From Saprospirales bacterium (GTDB taxonomy: Bacteria > Bacteroidota > Bacteroidia > Chitinophagales > Saprospiraceae), in NCBI GenBank assembly GCA_016719895.1, contig JADJYG010000031.1, positions 130,288 to 194,287 on the forward strand: a stretch of DNA of 64,000 nucleotides. Direction: 5' to 3'. The notes beneath the pieces are model-generated. The model had not been told where the DNA came from, did no database searches, and saw only the letters and a program-made list of their open reading frames with translations. The first letter of the stretch is position 1. The number at the start of each line of letters is the position of its first letter. The position numbers were made by a program, and so were the translations under genes. Shown piece by piece: positions 1-10,412 of this stretch.

Positions 1-233
1 TGTTGCAGGGCAACTGCCTGCTCGAACAGGGCAATGCCCCGGCTGCCATCGAAGCCTTTCAACTGGTGCCGCCCAAAGCAAAGGGCCCTTACCAGCAGGC
101 CCGTTGGTACCTGGCACTGGCCTATTTAAAACTGGAGGATACCGAAGCAGCTACTGCCGTTCTGCGCGAAATAGCCGCAGTGGCCAACCATCCACACCAG
201 GAAGACGCGGCAAAAATACTGGGCATCGAATAG
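1..233 (+). CDS. TPR-like repeat protein, C-terminal fragment (5' end outside window)
   Basis: Frame is open from the window edge to the stop at 231-233. A/L-rich helical-hairpin sequence (ARWYLALAYLKLEDTEAATAVL) is typical of TPR. No credible start is visible. Confidence 0.4.
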   Translation, partial: LQGNCLLEQGNAPAAIEAFQLVPPKAKGPYQQARWYLALAYLKLEDTEAATAVLREIAAVANHPHQEDAAKILGIE

Positions 234-263
234 GCGCTTCGCCCGGGGTTTTCAGACGGTTTC

Positions 264-1328
264 TTAGTCTTTTACTTGTAAAAACGCAAAGGCTAACTCC
301 AGCCCCCGCACCTGCGCTTCTACATAGGCCTGCAACGCGGCATAATCGCCCCGGGCATGCTTCAAAAATCCGGACGCCTGGCCATACACGGCCGGAAGTC
401 CGGATTTTCGTATCAGATAGTAGCCGTCCATAAAATCGCCGACACCTCCGGAAATAATGAGGTGTTTGACCAGGTGTTTTTTCCCCAGTGCAAAATACAG
501 CCGGTTGGCATGTTCCACCATTTCAGCCGCGGTATGGCCGACGCGTGCAAATTTTTCAAAAACCTGTTGTTTGACGGGGTCGCTGCGCAAGAGTTCCAGT
601 TTCGCAAAATTGGTGCCGCCGGCTGCTGCAAACTCAAGGGCGGCCAAGGGCAACTGGAATAATTCGCGCATGCTGACCGGGCCCATACCCTGACCGACTT
701 CTTTGACGATAACAGGGAAGCCGGCCGCTTTCACCAGGGCGGCAACCGTTTCAATTGGCGGCCGCCGAAACCGGTCGCCTTCGGGCTGCATGGCCTCCTG
801 GAGCGGGTTGAGGTGGATGATCAGCCCGTCGGCCCGGAGCCGCTGCAACAGCGCTTCCATGACGCGCAATTCCCCGCGGGCAAGCAGTTCTTCCACTTGT
901 GCGATGCCCAGGTTGGCGTATAGCGGCAGGTCAGGCCCAATTATATCCCGCACATCGAAATCGGGCATACAGGTATCGGCATACAGCAACTGCCGGCAGG
1001 ACCCCAGTCCCATACCCATGCCAAATTCTCCACAGGCGCGCGCCAGGTTCCGGTTGATATGGCGCGCCTGTTCCGTACCGCCGGTCATCGACGATACCCA
1101 AACAGGGGTGCGCAGGGTTTTACCAAGGAACTGCAGAGGCGGAATACTGCCCGGCTCCGGGTGCGCCGCCAGGGCGGGTTCGTAGTGGAAGCGCTTGTCC
1201 AGTTCCAGGGGCCCGACCTGGCTCTGGAAGGCCAGGTCAATATGATCTTTTTTTCGGGAGCCGGCCTTCGGGTCCGGGTCGGGCGTTGTATGCTCTGGCG
1301 TCATGCTGCACAATTGGTTTTGGTACAT
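264..1328 (-). CDS. fni: type 2 isopentenyl-diphosphate delta-isomerase (FMN-dependent IDI-2)
   Basis: 354-aa product from the ATG at 1328; the track ORF 264..1574 adds an implausible R/P-rich 82-aa leader. Family motifs present: VSSMTGG, GLGSCR, VKEVGQGMG, AAGGTNF, IISGGV. Confidence 0.85.
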   Translation of the reverse strand: MYQNQLCSMTPEHTTPDPDPKAGSRKKDHIDLAFQSQVGPLELDKRFHYEPALAAHPEPGSIPPLQFLGKTLRTPVWVSSMTGGTEQARHINRNLARACGEFGMGMGLGSCRQLLYADTCMPDFDVRDIIGPDLPLYANLGIAQVEELLARGELRVMEALLQRLRADGLIIHLNPLQEAMQPEGDRFRRPPIETVAALVKAAGFPVIVKEVGQGMGPVSMRELFQLPLAALEFAAAGGTNFAKLELLRSDPVKQQVFEKFARVGHTAAEMVEHANRLYFALGKKHLVKHLIISGGVGDFMDGYYLIRKSGLPAVYGQASGFLKHARGDYAALQAYVEAQVRGLELAFAFLQVKD

Positions 1329-1639
1329 GGTAAAGGTACTGGTTTCCAAATCTGGAGAGAACAACAATTGAGCGGTATTGGTTGTGTCCGGCGGGCAGGC
1401 GACGCGGCGCACCGCTCCGGTATCCCTCCCTGCAGGCCGAAACGGCCGGCGGGCAACAGGCCTCCGTCCGTGCAATCCGGATAAATTGCGGGCGTGCCGG
1501 CGAGTCCAAAAACATAACCATTTGAAAAGAGGAGCTTTCAGACGGTTTCTTATAGTCAAAAAATGAAATTTCACTACTTTTGCGCCTCTTTTGGCTTCAC
1601 ACCCCGGTCATTTAAACTTATCAAATACGTCACAACAAG

Positions 1640-3922
1640 ATGGATTCTTTGGTTTACTTACTTCCGTTATTTGGTGTTGCAGGGCTGTTGTACATGCTTA
1701 TTCTGCAGAATTGGGTTAAAAAACAAGACGCTGGCGATGAAAAGATGCGCGTCATAGCCGGTCACATCGCCGACGGCGCAATGGCCTTTTTAAAAGCAGA
1801 GTACCGGGTGCTGACTATTTATGTGATCGTAGCCGGCGCACTGTTGGGCTGGCTGAGCACCCAGGTAACCACCAGCCACCCGCTGATCGTTTTCGCCTTT
1901 GTGATGGGCGCCGCCTTTTCGGTACTGGCCGGTTTCTCCGGCATGCGGATTGCCACCAAGGCAAACGTACGCACCACACAGGCCGCCCGCACCAGCCTGG
2001 CCAAAGCGCTCAAGGTGTCGTTCAACGGCGGCTCGGTCATGGGGCTCGGCGTAGCCGGCCTGGCCGTATTGGGCCTGAGCGCTTTGTTTGCGCTGTTTTT
2101 CAATTTTTTCATGGGCGGCGTATATGGCGCCGACGGGCCCCGCGCCATGAGCCGGGTGCTGGAAGTGCTGGCGGGTTTCTCGCTCGGCGCTGAATCGATC
2201 GCACTGTTTGCCCGCGTGGGCGGCGGTATTTATACCAAGGCTGCCGATGTCGGCGCCGACCTGGTAGGCAAGGTAGAAGCCGGTATTCCGGAAGACGACC
2301 CGCGCAACCCCGCCACAATTGCCGACAACGTGGGCGATAACGTAGGCGATGTAGCCGGTATGGGCGCCGACCTCTTCGGCTCTTACGTAGCCACGATGCT
2401 GGCGGCTATGGTGCTGGGCAATTCAGTGATCCGGGACAATGGCGGCATACAGGATGCCTTTGGTGGGATCGGGCCGATCCTGCTGCCGATCCTGATCGCT
2501 GGCCTGGGGGTTATCTTCTCCATCATCGGCATGAACCTGGTGCGCGTGAGCGATACCGCCGAAGCCACTGCGGGCACGGTGCAAGGCGCACTGAACCGGG
2601 GCAACTGGATCAGCATCATCCTCACCGGTATTGCCTGTTTTCCGGCTATTCAATGGATGCTGCCGGAAACCATGACCATGAATTTTTTCGGACAAGGGGC
2701 GCGGGCAGTGAGTAGCATGAGCGTATTTTATGCCGTCGTGGTCGGTCTTGTGGTCGGCGCACTCATCTCGGCTATCACGGAATATTACACCGGCCTGGGC
2801 AAGAAACCGGTGCTGAATATCGTACAACAGTCGGCCACCGGCCATGCCACCAATGTCATTGCCGGCCTGGCCACCGGCATGATGTCGACCTGGATGCCAA
2901 TTGTACTCTTCTCCGGGGCTATTTGGGGCGCTTATGCGTTGGCGGGCTTCTATGGCGTTGCCATTGCCGCTTCCGCTATGATGGCTACTACGGCCATGCA
3001 GCTGGCGATCGACGCCTTCGGCCCCATTGCCGATAACGCCGGCGGTATTGCCGAAATGAGCGAGCTGCCAAAGGAAGTACGCGAAAAAACCGACGTGCTC
3101 GACTCGGTAGGCAACACCACGGCAGCCATCGGCAAAGGCTTTGCCATTGCGTCAGCCGCCCTGACGGCGCTCGGACTTTTTGCCGCCTATGTCGATTTCA
3201 CCGGCATCGACGGGATCAATATTTTTAAGGCCCCGGTGTTGGCAGCCCTTTTTCTGGGCGGGATGATCCCGGTGGTATTTTCGGCATTTGCCATGCAAAG
3301 CGTGGGAAGAGCCGCAATGGACATGGTAAATGAAGTGCGCCGCCAGTTCCGCGAAATTCCCGGTTTGTTGGAGGGGCATGGAAAAGCGGAATACGGCAAG
3401 TGTGTGGAAATATCGACCAGCGCCGCCCTTCGCGAAATGATGCGCCCGGGGCTGGTCGCTATCGTCACGCCCGTTTTGGTGGGCCTTGTTCCGGGTTTTT
3501 TGTCGGGCGACATGCGCCTGGGCGCTGAAATGCTGGGCGGTTATATGGCCGGCGTAACGGTAAGCGGCGTCATGTGGGCAATCTTCCAGTCGAACGCCGG
3601 CGGCGCCTGGGACAATGCAAAGAAATCCTTCGAAAAAGGCGTAAATATCGATGGAAAAACCTACTACAAAGGCTCCGACCCGCACAAAGCGGCGGTGACC
3701 GGCGATACAGTGGGCGACCCGTTCAAGGATACTTCGGGCCCATCGATGAATATCCTGATCAAACTTTCCTGCCTGGTGGGCCTGGCTATTGCGCCGATCC
3801 TGGGCGGTCATACGGAAGCGGAATCGTCGTCCATACCGCAGCCTGAAAAACAGGAGTTGCGCATGAGCCAGGAAGATTTGTCCCGGCAACAACCGGCAGC
3901 TCCGGTTCGGCAAGGCGAATAA
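1640..3922 (+). CDS. hppA: membrane-bound proton/sodium-translocating pyrophosphatase
   Basis: 760-aa polytopic membrane protein with diagnostic M-PPase motifs [31 protein letters not shown] and [22 protein letters not shown]. Confidence 0.95.
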   Translation: MDSLVYLLPLFGVAGLLYMLILQNWVKKQDAGDEKMRVIAGHIADGAMAFLKAEYRVLTIYVIVAGALLGWLSTQVTTSHPLIVFAFVMGAAFSVLAGFSGMRIATKANVRTTQAARTSLAKALKVSFNGGSVMGLGVAGLAVLGLSALFALFFNFFMGGVYGADGPRAMSRVLEVLAGFSLGAESIALFARVGGGIYTKAADVGADLVGKVEAGIPEDDPRNPATIADNVGDNVGDVAGMGADLFGSYVATMLAAMVLGNSVIRDNGGIQDAFGGIGPILLPILIAGLGVIFSIIGMNLVRVSDTAEATAGTVQGALNRGNWISIILTGIACFPAIQWMLPETMTMNFFGQGARAVSSMSVFYAVVVGLVVGALISAITEYYTGLGKKPVLNIVQQSATGHATNVIAGLATGMMSTWMPIVLFSGAIWGAYALAGFYGVAIAASAMMATTAMQLAIDAFGPIADNAGGIAEMSELPKEVREKTDVLDSVGNTTAAIGKGFAIASAALTALGLFAAYVDFTGIDGINIFKAPVLAALFLGGMIPVVFSAFAMQSVGRAAMDMVNEVRRQFREIPGLLEGHGKAEYGKCVEISTSAALREMMRPGLVAIVTPVLVGLVPGFLSGDMRLGAEMLGGYMAGVTVSGVMWAIFQSNAGGAWDNAKKSFEKGVNIDGKTYYKGSDPHKAAVTGDTVGDPFKDTSGPSMNILIKLSCLVGLAIAPILGGHTEAESSSIPQPEKQELRMSQEDLSRQQPAAPVRQGE

Positions 3923-3953
3923 GGAGCCGGCAGGCTCTGCCAAAATTCAACAT

Positions 3954-4003
3954 GGAGGCCCGGTGGATTTCATAAATGGACCCCACCGGGCCTCCGCGTT
4001 TTT
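3954..4003 (+). terminator. rho-independent terminator of hppA
   Basis: Perfect 13-bp stem ggaggcccggtgg (3954-3966) / ccaccgggcctcc (3983-3995), followed by gcgttttt. Lies 30 nt after the hppA stop. Confidence 0.65.
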
Positions 4004-4322
4004 AAGCATCGTATCCTGCTATACTACAGGCAAACGCCCCAATCAGCAGGATGCCGTGGAGCGCTTGCACTAGGTAAAAAAACAGGTTTTGGCGACAGAT
4101 ATTTCCGACGGCTTAAATGCAGGGAAGAGAAGCGCTTGCGGCAGCGCGCCTGATATCATGAAACGCAATGATGGTACAAAGATGCCCCGGCCACCGGATT
4201 CAAAAAACTACGCTTTTTTGCGTTTTTCCGGGCGCCGCCGCCTGGGCAAAATAAAAAAACCCTTCCCTGAAAGCGCTTCAGCGAAGGGATAGTGTTCGTT
4301 TTTCGGTTTTGCCGGTTTCCTC

Positions 4323-5513
4323 CTATTCGCGTTGTTTAACAAGCGGGAATACCTGGCGGTCAACTTCCGTTTGGAGGTGTAAATAATATATACCGGCCGG
4401 CAGGCCGGCTCCCTCTATGACGGTTTCATACCGGCCGGCGGTTTTTATCGTACGCGGTTCAATATCCCGCACTTTACGGCCCAGGGCATCGCACAACAAA
4501 ATCGCCACAGGGCCATCGGTTTGGAGCTGATATTCCAGCCGGGTGGATTCGGCAAAGGGGTTGGGGCTTGGATAGCGGCTGAACAGTAATTTTTCCGTGC
4601 GCGCTTCCGTTTTTTGCAGAACTTCGGCCTTTGTAACCGGTCCCGGTTTGATTTTTTGCATCGGCGGTGTGGTACCGGCGCCCTGATTGCAAGACTTGTA
4701 TGACCCCACCGGCTGCTGGAACACAAGTTCAACAATAGCCGTTTCATTGGTGGTCTCGGGCACTACCGAAGTTATTCTGAAAATGGGCAGATTACACCCG
4801 AAGCTGTTGTAATTCCCGAAACAACATTCGCCGGCAAGCCCATTCAGGTTGAATGCTTTTAACGTATAGCGGGAATATGGATCCTCTAACTCTTCAAAAT
4901 AAACAGTGCTCTCGTTGAAGTTATAAACTAACCCGTACCGCAACAGCATTTCGGTGCCATTGAAATTATAGCGGAATTCTGCAATGTAACCGTTGTTCAG
5001 CGGCTGGCCCGGAACGCTGGTGGACTTGGGCACAACGACTTCAAAGGATTCGCCAACATTTATTTCCCTGGAATCGTCAGGCGTGCATTCAAAGATATTA
5101 AGGACGATATCGGAAATGATAATGGTACTGCCCCGGACTTCAACTTTCCCTCCGGGAGGGCCCTGCGGGCAAAAGGACGCGCCGATGAAAAAGATAAAAT
5201 TATGCCCATAGGGCAAGGAGGTGTACGTATACGTATCGCCTTGCGTTACGACATTCGGAAGTGGGGCGCCCGTTGTTAAGTCGGCACCGCTGAGCCAGTA
5301 ATAGAGCCCCGGCGTATTTTCTGTCCATTGGAGCGTTATACTGCTGACAGAGGCTGTGGCAGCATGAAAATTGGAGGGCGGCGGCGCCGAACAGTTGGCT
5401 TCCACGGAAGAAACCGGGCGGCGTTCGGGTACATTACTGTACAGCGCCGGGCGGACGGGGGCCCACATGGCGAAGAGCAGTAGCAGGAGGCTCCTGAGCG
5501 TTAATTCTTTCAT
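4323..5513 (-). CDS. secreted protein with FN3-like domain and T9SS type-A C-terminal sorting domain
   Basis: N-terminal signal peptide MKELTLRSLLLLLFAMWAP. FN3-like segment PPSNFHAATASVSSITLQWTE. C-terminal roughly 80 aa (YPSPNPFAESTRLEYQL...GIYYLHLQTE) matches the Por secretion-tail pattern. Confidence 0.75.
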   Translation of the reverse strand: MKELTLRSLLLLLFAMWAPVRPALYSNVPERRPVSSVEANCSAPPPSNFHAATASVSSITLQWTENTPGLYYWLSGADLTTGAPLPNVVTQGDTYTYTSLPYGHNFIFFIGASFCPQGPPGGKVEVRGSTIIISDIVLNIFECTPDDSREINVGESFEVVVPKSTSVPGQPLNNGYIAEFRYNFNGTEMLLRYGLVYNFNESTVYFEELEDPYSRYTLKAFNLNGLAGECCFGNYNSFGCNLPIFRITSVVPETTNETAIVELVFQQPVGSYKSCNQGAGTTPPMQKIKPGPVTKAEVLQKTEARTEKLLFSRYPSPNPFAESTRLEYQLQTDGPVAILLCDALGRKVRDIEPRTIKTAGRYETVIEGAGLPAGIYYLHLQTEVDRQVFPLVKQRE

Positions 5514-5668
5514 CTAAACTCGTTTTTTTACCTGATTAATAATTTTCGACAAAAGTCTGCTAAATCATTTTCCTTCACCACTACGATTTTTTCCATTTTT
5601 CCGAAATATTCGTTCCCCTGATTTCGAATAATCCGCATAACCAATATACCGGTTTATTCCTGCCCATC

Positions 5669-7117
5669 ATGCTCAACCGAAAATTGCTGGAGGTCCTGAA
5701 ACGCCTCGATAAAACACAAAACCGGCGTTTACGCGTGTTTTTGAGCTCGCCGTACTTTAACGCCGGATCATTGGCGGGTGAGGTAATCCGGCTATGCGAC
5801 TATATTTTGGAACACGACGCGGAAGAAAATCATCCGGCACTGGCAAAAGAAGCCGTATTTCAGATATTTTTTCCCGGCCGGCCTTATCCGGAAAAAAGTA
5901 AAAGCCCCCTCGACAATCTTTCATCCGAATTATTCCGGTTGGTGCGCAAGTTCATGGTTCAGGCTGAAATGGAGGCCGAACAGGAAGGTATTTATCAATT
6001 TCTGGCCATGGCCAGGTTTTACCGCAAATACGGTTTGGAGGACCGGTTCTGGCAAAATATGCAAGCCGCCCGGAAAGCGCAAGAAACGTCGTCCTTGCGC
6101 GATGCACAGCATTATTACCACCAGTTTTTAATTGAAGAAGAAGAAGTTGCCTTTCGCGGGCTGTACAATACGTTTGAAGACGATACGAATTTGAACACTT
6201 CACAGCATAACCTCGACCTGTTTTACTCCATTTTAAAGTTGGAATACGCCTGTGCCCTGCGATATCAGAATATGGTGGCCCAGCTCGAACCGGCGTACCA
6301 GGATGTTTTACAGGAAACCATTCTGGCCCTGACCCAGCCCGGCGCCCCCCTGGATGTGCCTACCAACCAGATTTACCACCTCATTTTGCGCTTGCTGGAT
6401 AAACCCGCCGAGCCCGGTTTGCTGGAAGAGCTGGATACCTTGCTGGAGCAAAATAAAGCGCGGATTTCCCCGGATCGCTTCCGGAATTTCAAGGCATACT
6501 ACCGGGTTTTTTGGATACAACGCTACCGGCTGGCCGGCGACAAACAAACCTTACAGCGCGCTTTTGATATATACAGGGAGCACCTCGAACAAGGGCACTT
6601 TTATTTCGACGGCATGATTCAGGTCTTTCAATTCCGCAACCTGGTATCCATCGGGCTCCGGCTGGGCAAAGCGGATTGGGTGAAAAAATTTTTGGATGAG
6701 CACCCGCCGGAACGCATCTGCGCCACCCGTTTCCCCGCCGAAATTTACAGTATCAGTGTTTCGGAACTCGCCCTGTACCGGAAAGCTTATGGCGAAGCGC
6801 AGGAAAACCTGGTCTTCCGGCATTTTGAAAACCCGCTGTTCAGCATTGCGGCAGATATCCTGCTCATCAAAATATACTACGAAACCCAGAACGAGTTGCT
6901 GGATTTCCGCATGAAAGCGCTCGAGCAGAAAATCCGGCGTTCTAACCTCAACAGGACGATGAAAAACGGCCATTATTATTTCCTGAAAAAACTGGACAAA
7001 CTCGTCAAATATGGCTGGCAAAGCAACAACCCCAAACGCCTGAAGCTGATCGAGGAGATCAAAAACACCCCGGATATCGTGGCGCGCGAGTGGCTGCTGG
7101 AAAAGTTGGAGCGATAA
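5669..7117 (+). CDS. hypothetical all-helical (TPR-like) protein
   Basis: 482-aa ORF with coding-like composition and repeated helical hairpins. No motif I can assign to a family. Confidence 0.55.
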   Translation: MLNRKLLEVLKRLDKTQNRRLRVFLSSPYFNAGSLAGEVIRLCDYILEHDAEENHPALAKEAVFQIFFPGRPYPEKSKSPLDNLSSELFRLVRKFMVQAEMEAEQEGIYQFLAMARFYRKYGLEDRFWQNMQAARKAQETSSLRDAQHYYHQFLIEEEEVAFRGLYNTFEDDTNLNTSQHNLDLFYSILKLEYACALRYQNMVAQLEPAYQDVLQETILALTQPGAPLDVPTNQIYHLILRLLDKPAEPGLLEELDTLLEQNKARISPDRFRNFKAYYRVFWIQRYRLAGDKQTLQRAFDIYREHLEQGHFYFDGMIQVFQFRNLVSIGLRLGKADWVKKFLDEHPPERICATRFPAEIYSISVSELALYRKAYGEAQENLVFRHFENPLFSIAADILLIKIYYETQNELLDFRMKALEQKIRRSNLNRTMKNGHYYFLKKLDKLVKYGWQSNNPKRLKLIEEIKNTPDIVAREWLLEKLER

Positions 7118-7317
7118 GGACGTCCCGGCTATTTTAAAGATTCATCGGGCGCACTGAACGCATACGAACAAATTCTGGCCTGGGCGGTTGCAAAAAGCGT
7201 ACAATACAAACAGCAAGCGCTCAATACCGATGGGAGAGCGATATTGCAGTGCGTAATCTGCTCATTTTTCAGCCTGGATTCTGTATCTGCAGAAATTTGA
7301 AATTGGCAAAGCCCCCC

Positions 7318-9804
7318 TCACTCCTGCCAATACACCCGTTTCACCCGCTCTGAAATATTCGTAAACACCTCGTACGGAATGGTTTGCAGGCAGGCGGCCA
7401 ACTCCTGCACCGGCGGGTTTTCGCCGAATACCACCACTTCGTCGCCTTCACGGGCTTCGGGCACTCCGCTCACATCCACCATCGTCATGTCCATGCAGAC
7501 GTTGCCGATGGTAGGCGCGCGGCGGCCGTGCAGCAGCACCTGGTAGCGGCCGTTGCCGGCCAGGCGCAGCAGGCCATCGGCGTAGCCAATGCTGATGGTG
7601 GCGATGCGGCTGGGGCGGCGGAGGGGGCCGTTGCGGTTGTAGCCGATCGTTTCGCCGGCCGCAACGTCCCTGATCTGGCTGATCGTGGCCTTGAGGGTGT
7701 TCACCACCTGCAAGTGCTCCTTCAGGCCGCCCGCGCCGACGCCGTAGAGGCCGATGCCCAGCCGGACCATGTCGAACTGGTATTCCGGAAAACGCGCCAT
7801 GCCGCCGGTGTTGGCTATGTGGCGCAGCGGGCGGTAGCCGAGCGCGGCCTGTATCTGGTCGTACATAGCGAGGAAGGCTGCCGCCTGCCGGTGGGTGAAC
7901 GCGTCGTGCGCCGGCGCGTCGCTGGCCGCCAGGTGCGAGAAGACCGACATGATCCGGAGATTAGGATGCGCCGACAGGCGTGCCATCAGCGCTTCGATAT
8001 CGCCCGGTTCGAAGCCCAGGCGGTGCATGCCGGTATCCAGCTTGAGATGTACGGCCATTTCGCGGGTTTTCCCGGCAAAGTGCAGGAGTTCATCCAGCAA
8101 TGCCAGGCTGTACACCTCGGGCTCCAGGCGGTAGCGCGCCAAGGCGTCGAAGCTGGCCGGTTCGGGGTTGAGCGCCAGGATGGGCAGGCGCACGCCGGCA
8201 TGCCGCAGTTCGATGCCCTCGTCGGCATACGCCACGCCAAGGTAATCCACCTGGTGGAATTCGAGCAGTTTGGCCACCTCTGCCGACCCGCTGCCGTAAC
8301 CGGCTGCCTTCACCATAGCCATCATTTTGGTGCCCGGTCGCAGCAGGCGGTTGTACACGTTCAGGTTGTGCGCCAGCGCGCTGAGATTGACCTCCAGTAC
8401 CGTTTTGTGGGCTTTCTGTTCGAGCCGCCGGGCGATGCGCTCGAAGGCAAACAAACGCCCACCCTTGATCAGGACCAGCTCGTCGTGAAAATCGTGTCGC
8501 TGCAGATCGTGTAAAAACGCCGCAGTGTCGGGGAAAAAAAATGCCGGCAGGCCGGGCGGCAGCTGATGGCCCAGGGCGGCGATATCTGCCCCGATACCAA
8601 TCAGCCGGCCCACTCCGTGCTCCGCGAGCATGGCGGCCACCGGGCCGTAGAGCTGCTTTTTGGCAGGGCCGCTTTGTAAAAAATCGGATAGGATGAGGGT
8701 AACCGGCCTGTTGGGCGACTGTTGCCGGGCAAACTGCAAGGCGATGCGTAGCGACGCCGGGTCATTGCTGTAGGCATCGTTGATAATCGTGCAGCGGTTG
8801 ATCCCGGCTTTCAGTTCAAGGCGCATTTCCACCGGTTCAAGGCGTTTGAGCCGACGGCTGAAGTCGGACGCCGGCAGTCCCAGGGCCAGCAAGGCCGCGA
8901 TACAATGGCAGGCATTTTCAATGGAGGCGGCGTCCGAAAAGGGGATTTCGAGGATGGAAACCGGCTTGCCAGGCGTGTCAGGGTGTATGCGAAACCTCGT
9001 TTTGCCGGCGGAAAATTGAAAATCAGAAAACCGCAGGGCAGCCGTACGGCCCTCCTTCGACCAGGAGAAGCCATTCCGGCCGGGCCGTTCCGCGATCCAG
9101 GCCTGCGCCGCAGCCGCAATAGCCGGGTGATCGGCGCTGTAAACCAGGAGGCGTGCGGTATCGAACAATTGCATTTTTTCCTGCAATTTGACGGTATCGG
9201 AAGGAAAGCCTTCGCGGTGCGCCGGGCCGAGGTTGGTGATCAGGCCGATGTCTGGCCGGATCACGCGGGCCAGGCGCTGCATCTCGCCAATCTGGGAAAT
9301 ACCGGCTTCAAAAATACCCAGATCGTGCTCTTCGCAGGTTTGCCACACCGAAAGCGGTACGCCCACCTGGGAGTTGTAGCTTTTCGGGCTCCGCACGATA
9401 TGCCGCTTGGCATGCGCCAGCTGGTAGAGCCATTCTTTCACCACCGTTTTGCCGTTGCTGCCGGTAATGCCGATCACGGGCAGGGTAAATTGCGCGCGGT
9501 GGTGCGCAGCCAGCGTTTGCAGGGCCTCCAGCGAATCGGTGACCAGCAGCACCCCGGCGTCTGGCAACTGCGCCAGATCAATCTCCCGGCAAACAACAAA
9601 ATGCCGCACCCCGGCGCGGTAAACGTCTGGTATAAACCGGTGCCCGTCGTGCCGTTGGCCGGGCAGGGCAAAAAACAACGACACCGCAGGAGCGGTGATG
9701 CTCCGGCTGTCGAGCAACAAATGCTCCACAGGGGCTTCCGGGTGTTTTTTTTGCAGCCAGCGGGCGTGGATGATGGGTTGAATTTGCTGCAGGGTGTAGG
9801 TCAT
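7318..9804 (-). CDS. murF: bifunctional UDP-MurNAc-tripeptide--D-Ala-D-Ala ligase (MurF) / alanine racemase (Alr)
   Basis: 828 aa. The N-terminal half carries the Mur ligase P-loop GITGSNGKTVVKEW. The C-terminal half carries the PLP-lysine region AMVKAAGYGSG and VCMDMTMVDV of alanine racemase. Confidence 0.9.
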   Translation of the reverse strand: MTYTLQQIQPIIHARWLQKKHPEAPVEHLLLDSRSITAPAVSLFFALPGQRHDGHRFIPDVYRAGVRHFVVCREIDLAQLPDAGVLLVTDSLEALQTLAAHHRAQFTLPVIGITGSNGKTVVKEWLYQLAHAKRHIVRSPKSYNSQVGVPLSVWQTCEEHDLGIFEAGISQIGEMQRLARVIRPDIGLITNLGPAHREGFPSDTVKLQEKMQLFDTARLLVYSADHPAIAAAAQAWIAERPGRNGFSWSKEGRTAALRFSDFQFSAGKTRFRIHPDTPGKPVSILEIPFSDAASIENACHCIAALLALGLPASDFSRRLKRLEPVEMRLELKAGINRCTIINDAYSNDPASLRIALQFARQQSPNRPVTLILSDFLQSGPAKKQLYGPVAAMLAEHGVGRLIGIGADIAALGHQLPPGLPAFFFPDTAAFLHDLQRHDFHDELVLIKGGRLFAFERIARRLEQKAHKTVLEVNLSALAHNLNVYNRLLRPGTKMMAMVKAAGYGSGSAEVAKLLEFHQVDYLGVAYADEGIELRHAGVRLPILALNPEPASFDALARYRLEPEVYSLALLDELLHFAGKTREMAVHLKLDTGMHRLGFEPGDIEALMARLSAHPNLRIMSVFSHLAASDAPAHDAFTHRQAAAFLAMYDQIQAALGYRPLRHIANTGGMARFPEYQFDMVRLGIGLYGVGAGGLKEHLQVVNTLKATISQIRDVAAGETIGYNRNGPLRRPSRIATISIGYADGLLRLAGNGRYQVLLHGRRAPTIGNVCMDMTMVDVSGVPEAREGDEVVVFGENPPVQELAACLQTIPYEVFTNISERVKRVYWQE

Positions 9805-9838
9805 GGATGCGTGGTGGAATCGCAGGAATTAAAAACCA

Positions 9839-9908
9839 AACCTGTCAGGTCGTTTTTGGCTTGGAATTGCCCGGGGACTATTCCAAGCCAAAAACGACCT
9901 GACAGGTT
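9839..9908. repeat. long perfect palindrome (29-bp arms, 12-nt spacer) with AACCTGTCAGGT termini
   Basis: Arm 9839-9867 is the exact reverse complement of arm 9880-9908. Lies in the divergent murF-alr/tsaE intergenic region. Shares its terminal 12-mer with the palindrome at 36309-36400. Confidence 0.9.
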
Positions 9909-9948
9909 ATAAAATTACAACGCCGTACCTTTGTAAAAAATAAATCCG

Positions 9949-10374
9949 GTGGAAATAATCGTGCACACCCTGGCTGAACTCTACGAAGCGATGCCGCAGC
10001 TGGCAGAAACGATAGGCGCACGGCGCAAAGTAGCCCTTTACGGGCCAATGGGCGCCGGCAAAACCACCCTGGTTCAAGCCTTTTGCCGCTACCTGGGCGT
10101 GGAAGACAGGCCCGTCAGCCCGACGTTTTCGCTCGTCAACGCCTACAGCTACCGCGACGCCGACGGCCGGCCGGCCCTCGTACACCACCTCGACCTGTAC
10201 CGGCTGGCCACCCTGGAGGAAGCCCTGGAGATTGGCCTCGGGGAACTGCTGGACGACCCCTGGTATTGTTTTATCGAATGGCCGCAGCTGATCGAAGCTA
10301 TACTACCTGGCGGCACTGCAAAAATTCAATTGCACATTTTAAGCGAAACCGCGCGGCGGCTGCTAATTTTGTAG
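9949..10374 (+). CDS. tsaE: tRNA t6A37 threonylcarbamoyl-adenosine biosynthesis ATPase TsaE
   Basis: 141 aa with Walker A LYGPMGAGKTTLVQAF and the PTFSLVN, HLDLYRL and IEWP motifs typical of YjeE/TsaE. GTG start. Confidence 0.85.
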   Translation: MEIIVHTLAELYEAMPQLAETIGARRKVALYGPMGAGKTTLVQAFCRYLGVEDRPVSPTFSLVNAYSYRDADGRPALVHHLDLYRLATLEEALEIGLGELLDDPWYCFIEWPQLIEAILPGGTAKIQLHILSETARRLLIL

Positions 10375-10412
10375 ATTCCAGCTCCCGATACCTTCATTTT
10401 ATACCAGAATAC

